From NCBI GenBank assembly GCA_963782055.1, contig CAWAIF010000003.1:6208001-6272000 (forward strand): a stretch of 64,000 nt of DNA, written 5' to 3'. The position numbers and the translations under genes are program-made. Source of the stretch: an uncultured delta proteobacterium. GTDB taxonomy: Bacteria > Myxococcota_A > Polyangia > Polyangiales > Polyangiaceae. Shown piece by piece: positions 1 through 8,340 of the stretch; position 1 is the first letter of the stretch, and the number at the start of each line of letters is the position of its first letter. The notes under the pieces are model-generated. The model did no database searches. It worked only from the letters and a program-made list of their open reading frames with translations, and was not told the DNA's origin.

Positions 1-281
1 GAGAGGCGGCGGCGCGCGAGGCGCGCCAGCGTCTTCACCAGCGCGCTGGTCGGCTGCCCGTCGATGGGCACGACGGGGATGTGCACGCCGTACGCGCGCT
101 CCAGCTCCTCGCGCGCGCCGGCGTCGCTCACGATGAGGTCGACGCGCTCGCGCATGAGCACCTCCGCCGCGGCGGCGGGGTCGGCGGCGCGGATGGCCTC
201 GTAGCCGCCGGTGGTGAGCTCGGCGGCGCGGCCGGCGGCGGCGGCCTCGTCCCATTCCACCAGGAGCACGCGGCCTGCCAT
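1..281 (-). CDS. Partial protein with an N-terminal receiver-like domain (runs off the window start)
   Basis: Translated by hand from ATG at 281: MAGRVLLVEWD...GYEAIRAAD...RERVDLIVSD, a REC-like pattern; open to position 1. Confidence 0.55.
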   Translation of the reverse strand, partial: MAGRVLLVEWDEAAAAGRAAELTTGGYEAIRAADPAAAAEVLMRERVDLIVSDAGAREELERAYGVHIPVVPIDGQPTSALVKTLARLARRRL

Positions 282-405
282 GTCTATCCCTTCTGTCATA
301 ACTGCGGCCCGGCGCCAATGCACGGCGGTCGATAATCCGCGGGCCACGGCCGAGCCGAGTCAGGGGCCTCCCGCGTGAGCCGTCCTCCTGCTAAGGAGAC
401 ACACC

Positions 406-2373
406 ATGTCGGATAGAGTCACCCCGCGGGAGATCCTGAAATCGAAGGGCAAGCTCGACAAGGACGTCGTCGCCGTGAAGGTCGGCGACCGCATCGTCGA
501 CCTGCACACGCCCATCGACCCCGCCTCCGAGGCGATCCCCGTCCGCGCGAGCGATCCGGAGGGCCTGCGGGTCATCCGTCACTCCACCGCCCACGTGATG
601 GCGGACGCGGTGCAGCGGCTCTCCCCCGGCACCAAGGTGACCATCGGCCCGGCGATCGAGGACGGCTTCTACTACGACTTCGACAAGCCGGGCGGCGCCT
701 TCAGCGAGGAGGACCTCGGCAAGATCGAGAAGTCCATGCTGGAGGTGATCAAGAAGGACACCCCCTTTCGGCGTGAGGTCGTCTCGCGCGACGAGGCGAT
801 GCAGCTCTTCCAGAAGATGGGGGAGAGCTTCAAGGTGCAGATCATCGAGTCCATCCCGGCGGACGAGGAGATCAGCCTCTACAAGCACGGCGCCCCCGGG
901 GAGGAGTGGGTGGACGTGTGCGAGGGGCCGCACGTGCCGTCCACCGGGTGGCTCAAGGCGGTCAAGCTGACCAGCGTCGCGGGCGCCTACTGGCGCGGGG
1001 ACGAGCGCAACCCGATGCTGCAGCGCATCTACGGCACAGCCTTCCCGTCGAAGGAGGCGCTGGCGGAGCACCTGCGCCTGCTGGACGAAGCGCGCGCGCG
1101 GGATCACCGCAAGCTGGGCAAGGAGCTGGACCTCTTCATGTTCAGCGAGCTCGCCCCGGCGATGCCCTTTTTCCTGCCGAAGGGCGCGTACGTCTACAAC
1201 CGGATGATCGACTACGTGCGGGAGGTCTACGCCAGGAGCGGGTACGAGGAGGTGATCACCCCCCTCGCCTACGACCCGAAGCTCTTCCGGCAGAGCGGGC
1301 ACCTCGGCAACTACAACGAGAACATGTACCGGCTGTGGACGGAGGACTCGCTGGCCCCGCCGGGCGCCGACAAGCCGGGCGGCCCGGGCGCGAGCGCGGA
1401 GGCGATGGCGAAGCACCTGCAGGATGCATCCTTCGCCCTGAAGCCGATGAACTGCCCGAGCCACTGCGTGATCTTCGGCTCGAGGAAGCGCAGCTACCGG
1501 GAGCTGCCGTGGCGCATCGCCGACTTCGCGCGGCTGCACCGCTACGAGCGCGGGGGCGTGGTGCACGGCCTGGCGCGGGTTCGCAGCTTCTCGCAGGACG
1601 ACGCGCACATCTTCTGCGCGGAGGAGTCGGTCTCCGCCGAGATCGAGGCGTTCATCAAGCTACTTTATGGCGTTTACGAGACATTCCACTTCGAGAAGGT
1701 GGACATCAAGCTGGCGACCCGTCCGGACAAGCGCATCGGCTCGGACGAGATGTGGGACCGCGCGGAGGGCGCGCTGGACGCGGGCCTGAAGGCGGCGGGC
1801 CTGCCCTTCGAGATCACCCCGGGCGAGGGCGCCTTCTACGGGCCGAAGGTGGAGTTCCACGTGCTGGACGCGCTCAAGCGGAGCTGGCAGCTCGGCACCA
1901 TCCAGTACGATCCCAACCTGCCGGAGCGCTTCGAGCTGGAGTTTACCGGCGAGGACGGCAAGGCGCACCGGCCGGTGATGCTCCACCGCGCCATCCTGGG
2001 CTCGCTGGAGCGCTTCTTCAGCGTCTACCTGGAGCACTGCGGGGGTAACTTCCCGGTGTGGATCGCGCCGAAGCAAGCGATCGTGCTCACCGTCAGCGAC
2101 AAGGTGGACGACTACGCGAAGAAGGTGCACGCACAGCTCCTCGAGGGCGGGGTGCGCGCGGACGTGGACATGAGTTCGGACAAGCTGGGCGCCAAGATCC
2201 GCAACGCGCGGCTGCAGCGCTATCCGTACCTGTGCGTCGTCGGGCAAAAGGAGGCGGAGGCGGGCGCGCTCGGGGTGCGGTCCCGCGACGCGGGGGAGCT
2301 CGGCGCCATCCCGGTGGAGGAGTTCATCGCCCGGGTGCAGAAGGAGAGCGCGTCGCGGGGCGCGGCCCGCTGA
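406..2373 (+). CDS. thrS: Threonine--tRNA ligase
   Basis: IRHSTAHVMA, GFYYDF, CEGPHV, AGAYWRGD, RDHRKLG, LKPMNCP, GAFYGPK, MLHRAILGSLERF motifs; AAGGAG RBS. Confidence 0.98.
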   Translation: MSDRVTPREILKSKGKLDKDVVAVKVGDRIVDLHTPIDPASEAIPVRASDPEGLRVIRHSTAHVMADAVQRLSPGTKVTIGPAIEDGFYYDFDKPGGAFSEEDLGKIEKSMLEVIKKDTPFRREVVSRDEAMQLFQKMGESFKVQIIESIPADEEISLYKHGAPGEEWVDVCEGPHVPSTGWLKAVKLTSVAGAYWRGDERNPMLQRIYGTAFPSKEALAEHLRLLDEARARDHRKLGKELDLFMFSELAPAMPFFLPKGAYVYNRMIDYVREVYARSGYEEVITPLAYDPKLFRQSGHLGNYNENMYRLWTEDSLAPPGADKPGGPGASAEAMAKHLQDASFALKPMNCPSHCVIFGSRKRSYRELPWRIADFARLHRYERGGVVHGLARVRSFSQDDAHIFCAEESVSAEIEAFIKLLYGVYETFHFEKVDIKLATRPDKRIGSDEMWDRAEGALDAGLKAAGLPFEITPGEGAFYGPKVEFHVLDALKRSWQLGTIQYDPNLPERFELEFTGEDGKAHRPVMLHRAILGSLERFFSVYLEHCGGNFPVWIAPKQAIVLTVSDKVDDYAKKVHAQLLEGGVRADVDMSSDKLGAKIRNARLQRYPYLCVVGQKEAEAGALGVRSRDAGELGAIPVEEFIARVQKESASRGAAR

Positions 2374-2408
2374 GGGGCGGGGGGGCTCCCCCCCGGCTGG
2401 CGGCCACG

Positions 2409-2440
2409 CGTCCCACCGCTAGCATGCTCGCGCTCTGACG
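2409..2440. repeat. 32-bp imperfect palindrome, copy 1 (degenerate)
   Basis: CGTCCCACCGCTAGCATGCTCGCGCTCTGACG aligns without gaps to the other copies. Confidence 0.65.
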
Positions 2441-2512
2441 CTCGGCCTGCCGGTCGGCTGGCCGGCAGGCGGGGGCCAGGCCAGGGGTGTCCCCCGAGCG
2501 TCGCCGGCTGCC

Positions 2513-2544
2513 CGTCCCATTGCTAGCACGCTTGCACTCCGACG
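2513..2544. repeat. 32-bp imperfect palindrome, copy 2
   Basis: CGTCCCATTGCTAGCACGCTTGCACTCCGACG; its reverse complement differs from the 7480 copy at 2 positions. Confidence 0.85.
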
Positions 2545-2590
2545 GCCGGCGCGCGCTCCGGGGGGAGCCCCGCCGCCGGCGGCCGCATTC

Positions 2591-3532
2591 TTGGCCGCCT
2601 CGGCGGGGGCGCCCGATACTCCGCCGGTGGCGAACGCGACCCAGGCGCCCGCAACGACGACCACCACGGTGCGCGTCATCGGGGCGCGGCGGCATCCGTT
2701 CCGGGACGCGTATCACGGCTTCTTGCGAATGCCCTGGTCCGCGGCCCTCGGGCTGATCGTCGCGACCTACCTGGTGGTGAACGCGATCTTCGCCATCGCC
2801 TACATGCTCTCGGGGGGCGTCTCGGGCGTACGGCCGGGGGACTTCGCCGACGCCTTCTTCTTCAGCGCGCAGACGCTGGGCACCATCGGCTATGGCGCGA
2901 TGTACCCGACGTCGGCGGTGGCGAACGCGCTGATGGTGGCGGAGTCGGTGTGCGGGCTGCTGATCACCGCGCTCGCCACGGGGCTGGTCTTCGCCAAGTT
3001 CTCGAGGACGACGCCGCGCATCCAGTTCGCGCGAAGCGCGGTGGTGGGGCCGTGGAACGGGAAGCCGACGCTCATGCTGCGGGCGGGCAACGAGCGGGGC
3101 AACCAGATCGTGGAGGCGCTGGTGCGGGTGTCGATGGTGCGCACCGAGCACACCGCGGAGGGGGTGACGTTCTACAAGATGGTGGACGTGCCGCTGGTGC
3201 GGGAACGGTCCCCCTTCTTCACGCGGTCGTGGAACATGATGCACGTCATCGACGAGAAGAGCCCGCTGTTCGGGAAGACGCCGCAGGCGCTGGTGGACGA
3301 GGAGGTGGAGCTCATCGTCAGCCTGGTCGGCACCGACGACACGTCGCTGCAGCCGATCCACGCGCGGCACAGCTATGACGCGAAGGACATCGTGTGGGGC
3401 GCGCGGCACGCGGACGTGCTGAGCGAGGAGCCGGACGGGACGATGACCCTGGACCTGCGCAAGTTCCACGACGTGGAGCCGACGCGGCCGATGGACGGTT
3501 TTCCGTATCCGCAGCCCGCGTCATCGACGTGA
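2591..3532 (+). CDS. Inward-rectifier potassium channel (KirBac family); start may be GTG 2627
   Basis: FFFSAQTLGTIGYG selectivity filter, two TM helices, cytoplasmic MHVIDEKSPL and ARHSY motifs. Confidence 0.93.
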   Translation: MAASAGAPDTPPVANATQAPATTTTTVRVIGARRHPFRDAYHGFLRMPWSAALGLIVATYLVVNAIFAIAYMLSGGVSGVRPGDFADAFFFSAQTLGTIGYGAMYPTSAVANALMVAESVCGLLITALATGLVFAKFSRTTPRIQFARSAVVGPWNGKPTLMLRAGNERGNQIVEALVRVSMVRTEHTAEGVTFYKMVDVPLVRERSPFFTRSWNMMHVIDEKSPLFGKTPQALVDEEVELIVSLVGTDDTSLQPIHARHSYDAKDIVWGARHADVLSEEPDGTMTLDLRKFHDVEPTRPMDGFPYPQPASST

Positions 3533-3545
3533 GGCGCGTCGCGTC

Positions 3546-5267
3546 CTACGGCTTGATCACGTCCCCGAAGCTCCACTCCACACCGGACTTGAAGCGGCGG
3601 TAGGGCTTGCGCTCGCCGTCCTCTGCGGCGCGGCGGACGTTGGGGTCGCCGGAGCGGGCCTCGCGGTACTCGAGCAGGGCGTCGTCGCGACGACCGAGCA
3701 AGTCGTGGGTGCGACCGCGCCAGAGGTGGAAGGCGGCGCGACGCTCCCCGCCCGCGTGGCCGATGCGGATGGCCTCGTCCAGGGCGGCGGCGGCGGCGTT
3801 CAGGTCACTGGCTTCCAGGGCGAGCAGGCTCGCCACGAAGGCGTAGACGGGCTCCTCCGGATCGTGCGCACGCGCGCGCTCGACGTGCTCGCGCGCGGAG
3901 ATGAGGCTGCCGTCGTTGAAGTGGGCCTCGTACCCCTCGCGGTAAGCGTCGAAGCCGGCGAGGAGGTCGGCGTCGACGCGGGTGCCGCCGACGAGGCGCG
4001 GTAGATCGATGCGCGCGCGGCGCTGGCCGAGGTCGAAGGCGAGGTACGGGCGGTTGGAGACGGGCGGGCGGCCGGTGGCGACGTAGACGATGCCGCGCGC
4101 GGCGTCGAAGACGACGGAGGCGACGGTGGTGAGCGACGAGATGCTCATGAAGCGACACTCGGCGTCGACGTCGCCCAGGATGGAGGCGATCTCGTCGGCG
4201 TCCACGCGCCCGCGCGCCTCGCCCAGGCGGCGGTTGACGGTCTTGTAGCGCGCGACGTTGTTGCGCCAGTAGGAGGGGTAGAAGTCCACCTCCGTCTTCT
4301 GCAGCTCGCGGTTCAGGTACACGTTGGAGTAGCCGAAGGTGTCCTCGTGCCCGGGCTTCGCGATGTCGGTTCCCTCGAAGGCGGCGCGGCGAGAGGAGGT
4401 GACCTCGTAGCAGAGAACGCGCTGCTCCTTCGCGCTGGCGATGACGTACGTCCACGCGCCGTTGGGACGGTGGCCGTCGAGGATGCGCTTGGCGTCGTCC
4501 AGGGTGTGGGCGTGGCGCATGATCTCGTCGCCGACGACGCCGACGGGGAGGCCCTCGAGGTCGAAGTCGGTGCAGGCGATGTGCTGGTGCACGACGAGGG
4601 AGAGGCCGGAGGCGTTCATCGCGGTGATGCCGCCGAAGAGCACGCCGGCGGCGGCGATGGAGACGTAGGGCTGTCCGTCGTCCGGCTCGTGGAAGACGAC
4701 CGCCTGCTCGCGGTCCCACACGCCGACGCCCTGGTAGTCGAAGTTGCGACCGTGGAGGAGGCGGCCGTGGGCGGTGGCCTCGCCCCAGGCGACGGCGCTG
4801 GTGCACCCGATGACGGGGACGCCGTGGCGGGGCGCGAGCGGGGAGCGGAAGAGGCGCTTGTACTGCGTGCCGACCCAGAGATAGGTCTCCGGCATGGTGG
4901 CGGCGCGCAGCAGGTCGGCGCGAGACATGCCGGCGCCGTCGGCGAGGCCCTCGAGGGCGCGGCGGATGCGCTCGGGGAAGCGGCGTGCAATGCGGCGGCC
5001 CACGGTCAGGTAGAGCGCGGTGCCGAGCGCCTTCGACACGGGGGCGGCGGCGGTGCCGAGCAGCCCGGAGCCGAGGAGCTTCTCCACGTAGCGGGCGAAG
5101 TACGGGAGGGGGCCGCGGGCGATGGCGTCGCGGAGGATCTCGCCGTGCTGGTGACCCATGGCGTAGTCGTCGCCGTGCAGACGCAGGACGTGGATACCCT
5201 CCACGCGCTCGTAGGGGGAGGACGTGGAGGGCTGGGGAGCGGCGGCGGTGGTCGGGGCGGTGGCCAT
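3546..5267 (-). CDS. C45 family autoproteolytic Ntn-hydrolase/acyltransferase with a C-terminal TPR-like region
   Basis: GCTSAVAWG...LLHGRNFDY and ITAMNASGLS; start trimmed to ATG 5267. Confidence 0.85.
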   Translation of the reverse strand: MATAPTTAAAPQPSTSSPYERVEGIHVLRLHGDDYAMGHQHGEILRDAIARGPLPYFARYVEKLLGSGLLGTAAAPVSKALGTALYLTVGRRIARRFPERIRRALEGLADGAGMSRADLLRAATMPETYLWVGTQYKRLFRSPLAPRHGVPVIGCTSAVAWGEATAHGRLLHGRNFDYQGVGVWDREQAVVFHEPDDGQPYVSIAAAGVLFGGITAMNASGLSLVVHQHIACTDFDLEGLPVGVVGDEIMRHAHTLDDAKRILDGHRPNGAWTYVIASAKEQRVLCYEVTSSRRAAFEGTDIAKPGHEDTFGYSNVYLNRELQKTEVDFYPSYWRNNVARYKTVNRRLGEARGRVDADEIASILGDVDAECRFMSISSLTTVASVVFDAARGIVYVATGRPPVSNRPYLAFDLGQRRARIDLPRLVGGTRVDADLLAGFDAYREGYEAHFNDGSLISAREHVERARAHDPEEPVYAFVASLLALEASDLNAAAAALDEAIRIGHAGGERRAAFHLWRGRTHDLLGRRDDALLEYREARSGDPNVRRAAEDGERKPYRRFKSGVEWSFGDVIKP

Positions 5268-5388
5268 GGGTGATGGACCATAGCCACCGTCGGCGCGGGC
5301 GGCCAGTCGACCCCGTCGACTTCCGCCTCTTGGCGCGCGCCCTGGCGCCCCCCCCCCGGGCTGCCCCTCCACCACGCCCGCGGCCAAT

Positions 5389-5420
5389 CGTCGGATTGCA
5401 AGCGTGCTCGCAATCGGACG
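5389..5420. repeat. 32-bp imperfect palindrome, copy 3
   Basis: CGTCGGATTGCAAGCGTGCTCGCAATCGGACG. Confidence 0.85.
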
Positions 5421-5460
5421 CTTCGCGGCGGCAGGTGCCCACCGCCCGTCCGCGGTCAAT

Positions 5461-5492
5461 CGTCGGATCGCAAGCGTGCTTGCGATTGGACG
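5461..5492. repeat. 32-bp imperfect palindrome, copy 4
   Basis: CGTCGGATCGCAAGCGTGCTTGCGATTGGACG, preceded by CAAT like copy 3. Confidence 0.85.
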
Positions 5493-5573
5493 TTTCGCCG
5501 CGGGCCGTGGGGGCCGGCCGGCCGGGCGAGTCGAAGCCGGAGGGGCGATTTTGATGGTAAGAACGACCCCGCG

Positions 5574-6788
5574 ATGGGCCTCTCGTACGAAGACGTGTGC
5601 GAGGCGCTCCGGGGCGAGAAGCTGCCTTGCCTCTTCGTTGACCTGGACGCCTTCGATCGCAACCTGGACCGCCACCTGGCGATGCTCCGCCCCCGCGGAA
5701 CGCCGCTGCGCATCGCCAGCAAGTCCGTCCGCGTCCCCGCGCTCCTGCGTCGCGCGCTGGACAGGAGCGAGGGGCTCGCGCGAGGGCTGCTCTGTTACGA
5801 TGTCGACGAGGCGGCGGCGCTCGCCGCCGAGGGCTTCGACGATCTTGTCGTGGCCTACCCGACCTTGCTCCCGGCGCACATGCGCACGCTGGTCAAGCTG
5901 GTGCGCCGCGGCACGCAGGTCAATCTGGTGGTGGACTCGGCGGAGGGGGTGCGTGTGCTCGGCGAGGCCGCGGCGCTTGCCGGGGAGACGGTCGGGGTGG
6001 TGATCGACGTGGACATGGCGCTTTCGCTGCTCGGCGGGCGCGTGTACCTCGGCGTCCGGCGCTCGCCGGTGCGCACGGTTCAGGACGCGGTCGATCTCGC
6101 GCGGCGGATCGAGAAGACGCCGGGGGTGCGACTGGACGGCGTGCTGGGCTACGAGGCGCAGGTCGCCGGCCTGCCCGACGCGAGCCCGTTCGAGCCCCGC
6201 CTCAATCGCATCAAGAAGACGATCCGCGGGCGCAGCGTGGTGGACGTGAGGCGGCGCCGCAACGAAGTGGTCCATGCCCTGCGCGACGCCGGCTTCGCCT
6301 TGCGGCTGGTCAACGGGGGCGGCACCGGATCTCTCGACTCCACCACGCCGGAGTCGGGTGTGACGGAGGTGACCGCCGGCTCCGGCCTCTTCAAGCCTCA
6401 CCTCTTCGACTACTACTCCAGCCCCCACATGCGCGCGCTGGAGCCCGCGTGCTTCTTCGCCCTGGAGGCGGTGCGCCGCCCGGGACCTGAGTACGTCACG
6501 TGCCTCGGCGGGGGCTACGTGGCCTCCGGATCGGTAGGCGCGGACAAGGCGCCGCGACCGTGGCTGCCGGAAGGGCTCTCCCTGCTTCCCGCGGAGATGG
6601 CCGGCGAGGTCCAGACACCGCTCCGCCTCCCGCGGGGGACGCACGTGACGCTGGGCGCCCCCGTCGTGTTCCGGCACGCCAAGGCGGGTGAGCCGATGGA
6701 GCGATTCCGCGAGGTCCTGCTGTTGCATCATGCACGGATCATGGAGAGGGTGCCGACGTACCGCGGGCTGGGGTGGTGCTTCCTTTGA
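5574..6788 (+). CDS. Fold-type III PLP enzyme (alanine racemase-like amino-acid aldolase/deaminase)
   Basis: VDLDAFDRN, RIASKSVR (PLP Lys), GYEAQVAG, NGGGTGS, EVTAGSG, FRHAKAGE. Confidence 0.88.
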   Translation: MGLSYEDVCEALRGEKLPCLFVDLDAFDRNLDRHLAMLRPRGTPLRIASKSVRVPALLRRALDRSEGLARGLLCYDVDEAAALAAEGFDDLVVAYPTLLPAHMRTLVKLVRRGTQVNLVVDSAEGVRVLGEAAALAGETVGVVIDVDMALSLLGGRVYLGVRRSPVRTVQDAVDLARRIEKTPGVRLDGVLGYEAQVAGLPDASPFEPRLNRIKKTIRGRSVVDVRRRRNEVVHALRDAGFALRLVNGGGTGSLDSTTPESGVTEVTAGSGLFKPHLFDYYSSPHMRALEPACFFALEAVRRPGPEYVTCLGGGYVASGSVGADKAPRPWLPEGLSLLPAEMAGEVQTPLRLPRGTHVTLGAPVVFRHAKAGEPMERFREVLLLHHARIMERVPTYRGLGWCFL

Positions 6789-6800
6789 GCGCGCGTCGGG

Positions 6801-7409
6801 TCAGGCGTTTGGCGTGGGCGTCGGGGGCGCGGCCGTGAAGAGCCCGCGCTCCAGCTCGCGCCGGCGCTCCCGGTGCCGCTGCGCGCGCTGCTTGCGGTAG
6901 ATGTCCGCCAGCACCCAGAAGCCGTACTCACCGTGCACGTCGAGCGAGGCCTGGTCGCCGAACCCGACGCGAATGCGCATGCAGAGCGTCTTGAGGTGCT
7001 CCCGCGCCCGCGCGCACGCCTCGGGAACGGGCCAGCCGCGCTTGCTCGGCGTGAGAGCGCTGTCCAGCGCGAGCCCCACGTGCCCGACGAGCACCAGGCC
7101 GTAGAACGCGCGCCGGATCAGGCGGCGACCCTCCGGCGTGAGCGCGACGATGCACTCGCGCCCGTCGCGCCGCCGCGTGACGAGCCCGAGCTGCTCGAGC
7201 GAGCCGAGCATGCGGCTGATGGTGGAGCGTGCCACGCCCAGCCCGCGCCGCAGGTTGCTCTGGAGGTTCACCGCGCCCGTCCCGAGTCGATAGAGCGCGT
7301 CGAGCAGGTCGAAGCGCGCCGCCGTGAGTCCCATGGCTGCCAGCGCCCGCCGCGTGAGCCGCAGCGTCGCGTAGTAAGCCCGCTTGATGGTGAAGAAGAT
7401 GGGGTCCAT
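6801..7409 (-). CDS. MarR-like winged-helix protein, copy A
   Basis: GLTAARFDLL...LGVARSTISRMLGSLEQLGLVTR..DGR..VALTPEG; near-identical N-terminus to 23992..24588. Confidence 0.85.
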   Translation of the reverse strand: MDPIFFTIKRAYYATLRLTRRALAAMGLTAARFDLLDALYRLGTGAVNLQSNLRRGLGVARSTISRMLGSLEQLGLVTRRRDGRECIVALTPEGRRLIRRAFYGLVLVGHVGLALDSALTPSKRGWPVPEACARAREHLKTLCMRIRVGFGDQASLDVHGEYGFWVLADIYRKQRAQRHRERRRELERGLFTAAPPTPTPNA

Positions 7410-7421
7410 CCCACCCCCAAG

Positions 7422-7437
7422 AGCACCCTCCATGCCA
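7422..7437 (-). promoter_or_regulatory. Putative sigma54 -24/-12 promoter of MarR copy A
   Basis: Minus strand TGGCATGGAGGGTGCT with correct GG/GC spacing; conserved in the paralogous cassette. Confidence 0.65.
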
Positions 7438-7479
7438 TCCGCCCCCCACCCCCCCCTCCTCCACGATTTCCCGGCGAAA

Positions 7480-7511
7480 CGTCGGAGTGCGAGCGTGCTT
7501 GCAATGGGACG
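7480..7511. repeat. 32-bp imperfect palindrome, copy 5 (upstream of MarR A)
   Basis: AAA-CGTCGGAGTGCGAGCGTGCTTGCAATGGGACG-TTT. Confidence 0.88.
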
Positions 7512-7614
7512 TTTGGTGTCCGGGGACAGGGGAAGGGGACAGGGGGGACAGGGGGCTGGCGCCAGCGGGGAGGTGGCGGAAGGCGTGTCGGAGGTCGGGC
7601 GGCGAGGCTGGCGC

Positions 7615-8340
7615 TCAGGCGATGCCCGCGGGCGACCACGGGCGTCCCGTCTCGCATTCCACGTGGCGCAGCGAGACGCCCTGAGGCGTCACGTCGATCA
7701 CGCCGAGCACGATGGGCAGACGAAACCGGCGCGGGCCGACCGAGCCGGGGTTGAAGACGGTGATCCCGCCGTCTCGCCCGACGAAGGGCACGTGCGAGTG
7801 GCCGCACACGACGAGCGACGCGTCCTCCTTGCGCGCCATGCGCGCCACGTCGGCGCGCAGCTTCGGTCCGTAGACGGCGATGTGCACCAGCAGGATGGTG
7901 AGCAGCGTGCGCGCCCCGTCCACGAGGTCCACCGCGACGACGTCGGGCACTCCGGGGACGCGGGCGTCGATGTTGCCCCGCACGGCGGTCACCGGTGCAT
8001 GACGCTCCAGCCCTCGCAGCACCGAGAGATCGCCGATGTCGCCCCCGTGAAGGATGTGTCGCGGCGCGATCTCGTCCAGCCGCGCGTCCAGGTGTGGGTC
8101 GGGGCGGCCATGCGTGTCGGCCACCGCGGCGATGCACACCCTGCCACCCGGCGCCTCGATGGTTGCGCGTGTGTGTACGCGGCGGCTGCCGGCCGAGGCG
8201 CCACCGCCGCCCGAGCCACTGGAACCGTGGCCGCCGCTCGAGCCACCGGAACCGCGACCGCCGCCCGAGCCACCGGGACCACCGCCGCCGCCGGGTGCGG
8301 TAGCGGAAGCCGAGGCGGAGGCGGACCGGGTGCGCGCCAT
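7615..8340 (-). CDS. Metallophosphoesterase (YfcE-like) with a Gly/Ser-rich N-terminus
   Basis: [28 protein letters not shown] motifs; ATG overlaps the upstream stop (TGATG). Confidence 0.88.
   Translation of the reverse strand: MARTRSASASASATAPGGGGGPGGSGGGRGSGGSSGGHGSSGSGGGGASAGSRRVHTRATIEAPGGRVCIAAVADTHGRPDPHLDARLDEIAPRHILHGGDIGDLSVLRGLERHAPVTAVRGNIDARVPGVPDVVAVDLVDGARTLLTILLVHIAVYGPKLRADVARMARKEDASLVVCGHSHVPFVGRDGGITVFNPGSVGPRRFRLPIVLGVIDVTPQGVSLRHVECETGRPWSPAGIA
8204..8290. repeat. About three degenerate 27-bp coding repeats (Gly/Ser linker)
   Basis: CCGCCGCYCGAGCCACYGGRACC recurs at 27-bp spacing. Confidence 0.6.

Noticed and set aside
282..405. T-box leader for thrS
   Set aside because: The intergenic region is too short and has no T-box consensus.
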